Translations under genes and position numbers: made by a program
Assembly (NCBI GenBank): GCA_029864565.1
Contig: JAOTTD010000008.1
Coordinates: forward strand, 3,857 to 67,856
Source: Thermoplasmata archaeon
Lineage (GTDB): Archaea; Thermoplasmatota; Thermoplasmata; UBA10834
Reading direction: 5' to 3'
DNA: 64,000 nucleotides
Notes under the pieces: generated by a model
What the model was told of the DNA's origin: nothing
The model's input: only the letters and a program-made list of their open reading frames with translations
Databases searched by the model: none
Shown here: positions 28,201-34,959 of the stretch, piece by piece
How positions within the stretch are numbered: the stretch's first letter is position 1
Layout of the letters: each line of letters begins with the position of its first letter

Positions 28201-28343
28201 CCGTTCGAAGTTACGGGCACATATATCGTGTTCGTTCCCAGCGTTTCCGCCTCGGCATCGCTCATCGGGAGCACCAAGGTGGATAGGACTACGACCAGCG
28301 CGAAAAGGCTGGCTGATAGCTTGCTCATTGCATCTCTCCTCAT
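25230..28343 (-). CDS. giant surface protein: CarboxypepD_reg-like + PKD-like + CARDB-like modules, C-terminal TM and Lys/Glu/Arg-rich tail
   Basis: ATG 28343 follows GGGAGGGG. Signal peptide MSKLSASLFALVVVLSTLVLPMSDAEA. PKD-like TYTWNFDD/YFSWYFADG motifs, and a CARDB-like IIVNLTNKGSAVATGVVVTFY...FAWTPENRGTYKIKVNV. TM WGGIAAVIILVPLLLYL. The tail is KERREKDKREKQERREKDKREKQERRDK. Confidence 0.7.
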   Translation of the reverse strand: MRRDAMSKLSASLFALVVVLSTLVLPMSDAEAETLGTNTIYVPVTSNGSPVSTGVTVTLTNVHTGEVLPATYSSAMKLYVVNNAPSGYYKIDVIAADHYDKKGATEFAFSALTSKTISPAISLTEFDPKQYEWNVTVKSQSTGLTLTGATVAFYDKVAKEIVSSGTTNAQGYAVVDMWNTSLTPANFALAVSADLYEMEVTDVNVISNNVIEIALSRSVRVSGFMTNSDGNPASNVVAYLLSKDDGLPWIKRLLRSEEGTFFTFDAYADEFILCIDGDGASAIVKELDLTGALSGSSVDESAQFEDQIQRIEAASIVYDEDFNSFTLTESTVWSYDHAYPGLEYSDIGSLRIQIDLNSDTTDGLLDAGEVGEFVDMVSDHGAKYPTTGKFLVVNDTYYYEASGTLSAFDVDIVPTDVLNKTGVLYTYSCVYTTPADDEIDVDASDYTATLYASYETASVNYTYTVSLPADYELVYNSSGPGSHVIVAGYETFSIDSEAYVGGPEPVSLAFELSEKPSAGAGMEIEQGLVYAVTDDEGNTTKYIVRVGSEVNFTARDSDDPNGNPMTYTWNFDDFTAAETTTNVTIGHVFVNASASRTVNLTVTDAVGIQNWTEIEVICDDADPVPVITVKDREVNTTTGMLEVDQGEAVWFNATYSSDDASSADDSLGVVDFFEFYYGEGNESGRISWTDDEKNVSHSFADSGTFDVVLNVTDVAGHWKNTTLTVKVNDSAAPVVSFTVKNATYGTSLIENQTIVFDANATTDNLDDVEDMYFSWYFADGLGDDSWLNGTGLVNVTHVFKQVTTFSVELNVTDSSNNSAFKKHSVKIETSPRPNVMIDGDIYYEPAEFTEGKSGYIIVNLTNKGSAVATGVVVTFYIVDEESETRIGTTSKILNDSIEATQIEVGGKVQVKFAWTPENRGTYKIKVNVTSTDQLVTHSKTTRVDQALVVKEAPWKKAALWGGIAAVIILVPLLLYLRGRWSKRERKGPRRDRGRLDSKERREKDKREKQERREKDKREKQERRDKAAKEKESNGSKE
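25278..25351. repeat. perfect 33-bp tandem duplication (2 full copies plus an 8-nt partial third)
   Basis: GCGCTCCTGCTTCTCCCGCTTGTCCTTCTCCCG occurs at 25278-25310 and again, identical, at 25311-25343, followed by GCGCTCCT. It encodes the repeated REKDKREKQER tail of the surface protein. Confidence 0.9.
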
Positions 28344-28484
28344 TCGAATGTCCCCTCCCTCTCTGGGGGCCGAAACTCCAGCCCCGGTCAAGAAGGGTAC
28401 TCCGGCGAATAGATTGCCCCTTTATAAGCTTTAGGGACGCCGACGATGACATGGCCAGTATGCCAGCAACGTCGACTATTGAGC

Positions 28485-29642
28485 TCAGGTGACGATTCTA
28501 CTGACCTGTCCTGTCTCGATCGCCCGCCGAATCTCCAGGGCAAGACGGCGCCCGGTGCTCATGTTAGTCCGCCAGGTCGTGTTCCCGTAAGGATGACCCA
28601 TGGACATGTGGACATTGGTTCCGCCACCGACGCGCGGCGCGACATCATATATGTGGAATTTGAGGTCCTTGTCGACACATGTCTGAAGACAGAACGGGCC
28701 GATGATTCCTGTCTCGTAATGTTCCTGCGTCGCCCTGACGTACTTCTCAGCGAGGTCGAACGCGCCCTCTATAAGTGACTCGCGCATGGTCGCCGAATTG
28801 TGGCCGCAGACAGTGTACTCAGGGGTAGCCTGCTCGCCCACCAGCGTCATCTGCTGTGGCGCAGGGAGGCGGACATGCCCGTCCAGGGACGACTCGAAAC
28901 GCCAGTCGACCCCGATGAGCTCTATCCGATCCATCTTCGTCTCAAGAGGCGAGTAGAAAAAATCGAGGTTGAATACGGGGCCAATCACATATTCCTCCAT
29001 CCGGGCGTCCTTGAGGTCTTCCTCGGTTATCACATCGCTGGCTACGAGCGCATTGGACTTCTTGACGTACTCCTCGTACGACGCGGCCGTGAAGAACCCG
29101 CGCTCAAGTTTCTTCACTTTGTGGTGCAGTTTGACGATGACCAAGCCGTCGATGTCCTTCGGATCATCTATCCTCTTCGGAAAGGGCATCCCCGCCTTCT
29201 CGAGTAGCCAGTAGTAGTCCCGTTCCTCTCCGCGCTCCTCGCTTCTGAGAAGGGGCCTTGAGCCGACCAACGGGACCACGAAGTCATCCTCTATCTCTCG
29301 GAGCGAAACATAGGAAGTGAACGATCTGTTCGGAACGAAGAGCACGTTCTCGTTCCTGAGGCGCGCCTGAAAATCGGCTTCCATCATCTCCTTGAACTTC
29401 TCCAGGACCCAGCACTCGTCGACCGCCCCTCGGATTGCATTTCCAGCGGCGTCCCGCTGGCACTTGAAGTACTGGGTGTAAGTCTTCTCGCGTCCTCGCT
29501 GGCATATTCCGAGCGTGCGGAATCCCTCCTCGACGGCGCCGTCGCAGACGTCCAATGCAGAATGCGAAGCGACCATCCCAACCTTCGCCTTCGTTAGGTC
29601 ATAGCTCTCCAAAGCGGTCAGAATCTTCTCCCTGTCTATCAC
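28485..29642 (-). CDS. purP: 5-formaminoimidazole-4-carboxamide ribonucleotide (FAICAR) synthetase
   Basis: 385 aa ATP-grasp protein. The N-terminus ILTALESYDLTKAKVGMVASHSALDVCDGAVEEGF and the C-terminus GGTNVHMSMGHPYGN are typical of archaeal PurP. Confidence 0.8.
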   Translation of the reverse strand: MIDREKILTALESYDLTKAKVGMVASHSALDVCDGAVEEGFRTLGICQRGREKTYTQYFKCQRDAAGNAIRGAVDECWVLEKFKEMMEADFQARLRNENVLFVPNRSFTSYVSLREIEDDFVVPLVGSRPLLRSEERGEERDYYWLLEKAGMPFPKRIDDPKDIDGLVIVKLHHKVKKLERGFFTAASYEEYVKKSNALVASDVITEEDLKDARMEEYVIGPVFNLDFFYSPLETKMDRIELIGVDWRFESSLDGHVRLPAPQQMTLVGEQATPEYTVCGHNSATMRESLIEGAFDLAEKYVRATQEHYETGIIGPFCLQTCVDKDLKFHIYDVAPRVGGGTNVHMSMGHPYGNTTWRTNMSTGRRLALEIRRAIETGQVSRIVT

Positions 29643-29706
29643 GGTAAGCCTCTCCCGCGAACGAGCGAACTCGCAACTGACGCGACTGATAGGGTTGATT
29701 GTATAT

Positions 29707-30807
29707 CTATCTTGAGGGGGGCGGCGTCAGGGCGATCTCGTCCAGGCGAAGCACCAGATGTGACGAAGCCTCCTTGAATCCGTACTTCTCGTACAGCTTC
29801 TTCGCCCGCGGAAAGCTGGTGTGTAGATATGCCACGGACGCGCGGCCGCTAATGGCATCGATGGCACAGCTCATGAGCTCGTCGCCCATGCCCTCGCCCT
29901 GCTTCGATGGCGTGACGTAGATGTCGTATAACAGGCCCATGGTCTTCTCGAGCCGGACAATGACGAAACCTCCGTCCATAAGAAACACAGAGTATTCCTT
30001 GTCCTTGTCCAGCCGGCGCAGTCGCGCAGCAGCCGCAAACTTGTTCTCATCGTAGTACTCAGAGAACAGAGACACCGCGGAACCCCTGTTGGTCTTGGAC
30101 AAAGGTTGCGCCGAGTGATCATGCTCCCCCGGAGACTCCAACTCCATCCTGTACGTTGGCGTTGGATGGTAGCGTGACAAGTGGCGGCCCATATCGAAGG
30201 AGAACGCCGCCCAGGATTTCTTGGCCGACGCGAGGAACCTGACCAGCTGCTCACTGGCGAACGCGATGTCACCTTGCTCCTCGACGACCATCATCCCCGT
30301 CCTCCTGACGCCTCCGGTAAAGAGCCTGGCGACTTCGCCTTCGTCGGAATAGAACGCCCAGGCGTGCCTTCCCTCGAGCTGCATACAAACGCCAATCATA
30401 TGGTCCGAGTTCGTGAGGTCGACCGCGTTGCCATCCTGATCTATGAGGTTCTCGTCTAGTGGGAGGTCCGCGGTGCTCACGATGGAGTATTTCCCCTCCA
30501 ACCTGGGTTCTATCGCCTTGCCGATGGTCCAGCCCTGAGCCGGAAGGCTTCTTCCAAGGAGTCGGGTCCTTGTGTCTTGAGCCAGTATTCGAGAGCAACT
30601 AGCTTCCGATAACTTATCGCCGAGCTGGCGTGCCTCCTTATCATTCAGCCTAAGTCTCCTCGGCGAGCGACGCACGAACGCGCGAACGATGTTGTCCGAA
30701 AGCGGCAGTAGCTCGAGAGAGACCGCTCCGCCCGAAGTGCGCACGTTCACGACGTCGCACCTCGAGCCTAGCGTTCGGACACCTCCATCAGTGGGCGAAT
30801 CCGCCAT
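29707..30807 (-). CDS. fusion of an uncharacterised ~270-aa N-terminal region with a C-terminal GNAT acetyltransferase domain
   Basis: The C-terminus YDIYVTPSKQGEGMGDELMSCAI...AKKLYEKYGFK is the GNAT acetyl-CoA motif A region. ATG 30807 abuts the upstream stop (30809). I do not recognise the N-terminal part. Confidence 0.55.
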   Translation of the reverse strand: MADSPTDGGVRTLGSRCDVVNVRTSGGAVSLELLPLSDNIVRAFVRRSPRRLRLNDKEARQLGDKLSEASCSRILAQDTRTRLLGRSLPAQGWTIGKAIEPRLEGKYSIVSTADLPLDENLIDQDGNAVDLTNSDHMIGVCMQLEGRHAWAFYSDEGEVARLFTGGVRRTGMMVVEEQGDIAFASEQLVRFLASAKKSWAAFSFDMGRHLSRYHPTPTYRMELESPGEHDHSAQPLSKTNRGSAVSLFSEYYDENKFAAAARLRRLDKDKEYSVFLMDGGFVIVRLEKTMGLLYDIYVTPSKQGEGMGDELMSCAIDAISGRASVAYLHTSFPRAKKLYEKYGFKEASSHLVLRLDEIALTPPPSR

Positions 30808-30808
30808 T

Positions 30809-31537
30809 TCAGAAGAAATAGAAGCCGACGGCGTACTCCTTGGAGCAGTTCGCCATCGCATCCAACCTCTTCAGCGTCCCGTCGATTCTCCGGACCATCA
30901 TCTTGCCCTCTTCGGGAGTCCTCTCGCGCAGCACTGCGACCTCCTCTAGCAAAGTCTGCGCGTCCTTGGACGAGAGGACTGTCTTATTCGATGCGAGTTC
31001 TTCGACTTTCGACAGCAGGTCGAGCTTGAACTTCTTCGCGAGGGCAGGGACCGGTGACGTCGACGGGCCGAAGTTGCCCACGCAGCCCTTCTTGTTGTCC
31101 CAGGAAAGTCCGCATCTACCACAGGTCTCGTACATCTCGTCGAACTCGAGCAGGTCCCATTCGGTGATGGAGTTCTCTCTCATCGCGGCCTTGAGCACTT
31201 CGTCCCTCTGCGCCTTCGACACATTGCTCATGATGATCCAGTTCGTCTTGACTTCCGTTACGAATGGCTCGAGGGTCTTCTGGTCGGCCGGATCCTTGAT
31301 CTTCTCTATGTAGAGGGCGTCTCCTTCCACTTTGGATCTGGAGCGTTTCAGGATCTCCTCGACTCTTTCTTCACCCAGCTTGGCCTTCGCACGTTTGAGG
31401 TCAGCCACGCGGTCCACCTCGACAAGGTCAGCCCACTTGTCCGGATTAGCCACGTAGACCCTGGCCATCGTCATCTTCCTGTCCCTGCACAGTGATTTGG
31501 CGGACTCGAGTTCTGTGATTGCCATATTCAAACCCAA
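30809..31537 (-). CDS. hypothetical protein (~240 aa, charged/helical, one CxxC...C cluster)
   Basis: Long ORF with coding-like composition, tightly coupled to the downstream GNAT-fusion gene. Contains YETCGRCGLSWDNKKGC. No family recognised. Confidence 0.45.
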   Translation of the reverse strand: MGLNMAITELESAKSLCRDRKMTMARVYVANPDKWADLVEVDRVADLKRAKAKLGEERVEEILKRSRSKVEGDALYIEKIKDPADQKTLEPFVTEVKTNWIIMSNVSKAQRDEVLKAAMRENSITEWDLLEFDEMYETCGRCGLSWDNKKGCVGNFGPSTSPVPALAKKFKLDLLSKVEELASNKTVLSSKDAQTLLEEVAVLRERTPEEGKMMVRRIDGTLKRLDAMANCSKEYAVGFYFF

Positions 31538-31782
31538 TGCAACACCTTCTTGGGAGGAATGTGAGGATTCACCAAGATGTAAAAACTTTCGTAGAGCCGC
31601 CCGAGGACCGTATTGGCAATCACATTAGTCGATCCATTGTGCGCTCATCGATGCGGTCGAAAAGGATTTATATCGTACATGGCCGGCGCATCAGGATAAT
31701 TAATCTACCGCTCGGTCATTCAGGTCACGGGCCCCTACCGACCGGCTGTTTCTGACTGGTACATGCCGGCGATGGGAAAGGT

Positions 31783-33249
31783 GTGAATAGCATGACAATC
31801 GCCGCCATCAGCCTGCTGTCGAACAAGGACATCGATAAGGTGCACGAGGCGTCGCTGCGGATACTCGCCGATGCTGGAGTCAGGGTCGAAAGCGCCGCAG
31901 TGACGAAGACTTTGAAGGACGCTGGCGCCAAGGTGGACGAGACCAAGGATCTCGTCTATCTGAGCGAGGACATCGTCGACCGCTCCGTTGCGAGCGCGCC
32001 CAAAAAGATCAGGATTTGCTCCAGAGGCGGGAGGGACTTCATCATCCCTGGAGAAGGCACCCAGATTGTCTCGACGGACGGGCAGCCACCCGCGGTGTTC
32101 GATGCGGAGACCGGGAAGAAGAGAGCGTCCACGCTCCAGGACCTCAAGGAGATGATGATCCTCGCGGACGCGTTGCCTGAAGTGGGCTTCATCTGGCCTA
32201 CGGTCATTGCGAACGACATGCCTTCCGATAGGTCGTCGTTCTACGAGTTCCTCGCAGCCATCACTTACTCGTCGAAGCACATCCAGCACGGAGCAGTCTC
32301 AGCCGAGGAGGCGAACTTCCAAATCGATGTCTGCTCCGCAATATTGGGATCTAGAGAGAGCCTCAAGGAGCGCCCGATATTCTCAGACGTGAGCACCCCG
32401 ATATCCCCTCTCAGGTACGACGCTGGCGAGGCGGAGGCTATCGGTATCCTCGCCAAGGCGGGCGTACCAGTGGTCCATCTGTCGATGGCCATTGCAGGGG
32501 TCGTGACGCCCGCGTCAGTCGCGGGCTCCCTCGCGGTCATCAACGCCGAGAACCTCTTCGGCTTGACGATCACTCAGACGGCAGCGGAGGGCGCACCCAG
32601 CATCTACTCATCGTTCTCAGGCGTGATGGACCTGAAATCCGGCGTCTTCCTCTGTGGCACCCCAGAGGGGGTGCTCATGGACACTGCTGCTATTGAGATG
32701 GCGAGACACTACGGCGTGCCGTCATGCGCCGGAGGCCCGTCTAACGCCGCGCGTTCGCTCTCCTCTGAGGCGGGCGCTGAAGGCGCCATCACGACGATGG
32801 CTTCCCTCCTTGCAGGGGCCGACATGATGGTGGGCCTCGGAGGGCTCGACAGGGCGGGTATGATGTCCAAGGAGAAACTCGTGATGGACTGCGAGGTCTG
32901 GAGATGGCTTACAAGAGTGCGCGAGGGTATCGAGATCGATGACGCGACGCTCGGAGTGGACGCCATATCGAGACAGGGGCCGGGCGGATCGTTCCTTTCC
33001 GACATACACACAGCGAAGCACCTGCGGAAGGAGTTCATGGTACCCCAAGTGACGATGTACCACGTCAATCGCGAGCCTGACCGGAAGGAGGACGAGTTCC
33101 TTGCGTACGCCAGGAATCGCGTCAAGGACCTGCTGGCAACGCACAGACCGCCGCTACTCGACGCTGAGACAGCATCCAGGGTCGGAAAAATCGCCACGAG
33201 ATACGGCATCGTCATGCCAGATGGATCCCAGATATTCGAGCACGCGTGA
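31783..33249 (+). CDS. MttB-superfamily methyltransferase paralog, no in-frame amber codon
   Basis: 488 aa. Contains VHEASLRILADAGVRV, LRYDAGEAEAIGILAKAGVPVVHLSMAIAG, GADMMVGLGG, LVMDCEVW. Start is GTG 31783 or ATG 31792. Confidence 0.8.
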   Translation: MNSMTIAAISLLSNKDIDKVHEASLRILADAGVRVESAAVTKTLKDAGAKVDETKDLVYLSEDIVDRSVASAPKKIRICSRGGRDFIIPGEGTQIVSTDGQPPAVFDAETGKKRASTLQDLKEMMILADALPEVGFIWPTVIANDMPSDRSSFYEFLAAITYSSKHIQHGAVSAEEANFQIDVCSAILGSRESLKERPIFSDVSTPISPLRYDAGEAEAIGILAKAGVPVVHLSMAIAGVVTPASVAGSLAVINAENLFGLTITQTAAEGAPSIYSSFSGVMDLKSGVFLCGTPEGVLMDTAAIEMARHYGVPSCAGGPSNAARSLSSEAGAEGAITTMASLLAGADMMVGLGGLDRAGMMSKEKLVMDCEVWRWLTRVREGIEIDDATLGVDAISRQGPGGSFLSDIHTAKHLRKEFMVPQVTMYHVNREPDRKEDEFLAYARNRVKDLLATHRPPLLDAETASRVGKIATRYGIVMPDGSQIFEHA

Positions 33250-33255
33250 CCAGCG

Positions 33256-34959
33256 TCAAGCGCGTCTTTTGAACAGTTTCTCGAGGTCGTCTGGTGTCAA
33301 GGTGATCATCGTGGGTCTCCCGTGCTCGCATGTGTATGGGCTTTCCGTAGCCATCAGCTCGGACAATAGCTGTATCATTTGAGAGTGCGACAGCTTCTGC
33401 CCTGCCCGGATAGATGTGTGGCACGCGACCCGCCATATGAACTCCAGTCCCATCCTCTTCGGCACCGCCATGTCCGCGAGCTCAGCGAGTATGTCCCTCA
33501 ATGCCCTCTCGCCCTGCGCCGCACCAAGGACTGTCGGCACGGAGCGCAGTGCGTAGGATTCGCCGCCGAAATGCTCCAGCCTGAATCCCATCTGAAGGAG
33601 CGTCTCGCCGTACTCCTCCACCATCCGCGATTCGGTGGACGTGAAACCGAGAACAAGCGGAGCCAGTAGCTCTTGCGAAATCCCGGTGCCGGCCTCTATG
33701 GATTCCAAGAGCTTCTCGTAGACAATCCTCTCCGATGCAGCGTGCTGGTCTATCAGCAACAGGCTGCCGCCCGATTCGGCGAGGATGTAAGTGTCCATGA
33801 CCTGGGCAAGTGGGTGGATGCGCGTACCCTCACCCGACATTGCCTCCTTCTCCGGTATCTGAAGGGTCGATTGATTTGGCGCCGGAATCGTGCCCGCAGG
33901 GGCGGGCATTGACGCCTCGAAACCCTCTGAAAAGCGCGTGAGGTCATACTTGAAGGACAAATCGGGACCTTCAAGAGCGTCCACCAACCCCCTCTCGAGC
34001 ACCCCGAGGACGAGCTTCTCATCGTCGAACCGGACCTCCCTCTTCGTAGGATGCACATTCACGTCTATCGAGGAGCTGTCGACAAAGATCTTCACGACTC
34101 CGATAGGGTATCTGTCCTTCATGATGCGTGAGCCGAATGCGCTCACGACCGATGAGACTATCTTCCTGCTTTTCACCGGCCTGTGATTGACGAACAGCCT
34201 CACGTCTGAAGGAGATGAACGAGTGTGCTCGAGCCGCGCTAAGTGAATATCGACGCGAACACCCTCCCCCTCGGCCTGGGCGCCAATCATGTTGGCGGCG
34301 ACCTTGCGCCCGAAAGCCAGCGTGAGAGCCCCCTCCATGCCCTCCGCAGCCGGATGCGAGAGCAATCCCCTGCCGTCGGAAACGAGCTTGAACGAGATCG
34401 CAGGGCGGCACAGTATGAAATCCATAACCGATTCCTTGCAGTGAGCCAGCTCGACCGCTGCGTACTTCATCTGCTTGCGCCGGGCGGGCATATTGCTGAA
34501 TAGGTCCTCCACCACAATCTCAGTCCCCTCCGGACAACCCACGGCGGAGACGGACACGATGCGTCCTCCGTCCAGAACTATCTCCACGCCATCGGTTCGG
34601 TCATGCTCCCTCGTCCTGACGGTGACACGCGCGACGGAGGCAATCGATGACAGGGCCTCACCCCTGAAGCCGTATGTGTCGAGGGTCCGGAGGTCGTCGA
34701 TTGACTTGATCTTGCTCGTGGCATGACGTTGGAACGCTGCTTCGGCGTCTTCCGCCGACATGCCACAGCCGTTGTCCTTCACTGAGATACTCTTCCGTCC
34801 ACCCTCCTCGACAGAGACGACGATCTCGGCTGCGCCTGCATCAAGGGCGTTCTCGAGCAGCTCCTTGACGACGGAAGAAGGCCTCTCGACCACCTCGCCG
34901 GCCGCGATCTTGTCTGCGGTGTTACTGTCGAGTACCCTTATCCTTCCCAACGATCTCAT
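33256..34959 (-). CDS. mutL: DNA mismatch repair protein MutL
   Basis: IRVLDSNTADKIAAGEVVERPSSVVKELLENALDAGA (GHKL ATPase), DNGCGM, GFRGEALSSI, and a C-terminal dimerisation region with DQHAASERIVYE. Confidence 0.92.
   Translation of the reverse strand: MRSLGRIRVLDSNTADKIAAGEVVERPSSVVKELLENALDAGAAEIVVSVEEGGRKSISVKDNGCGMSAEDAEAAFQRHATSKIKSIDDLRTLDTYGFRGEALSSIASVARVTVRTREHDRTDGVEIVLDGGRIVSVSAVGCPEGTEIVVEDLFSNMPARRKQMKYAAVELAHCKESVMDFILCRPAISFKLVSDGRGLLSHPAAEGMEGALTLAFGRKVAANMIGAQAEGEGVRVDIHLARLEHTRSSPSDVRLFVNHRPVKSRKIVSSVVSAFGSRIMKDRYPIGVVKIFVDSSSIDVNVHPTKREVRFDDEKLVLGVLERGLVDALEGPDLSFKYDLTRFSEGFEASMPAPAGTIPAPNQSTLQIPEKEAMSGEGTRIHPLAQVMDTYILAESGGSLLLIDQHAASERIVYEKLLESIEAGTGISQELLAPLVLGFTSTESRMVEEYGETLLQMGFRLEHFGGESYALRSVPTVLGAAQGERALRDILAELADMAVPKRMGLEFIWRVACHTSIRAGQKLSHSQMIQLLSELMATESPYTCEHGRPTMITLTPDDLEKLFKRRA

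Noticed and set aside
25230-28343. PGF-CTERM/archaeosortase or S-layer annotation for the large surface proteins
   Set aside because: The C-termini have a TM helix followed by long charged tails, not the short PGF-TM-basic tripartite signal. I cannot support an S-layer call from sequence alone.
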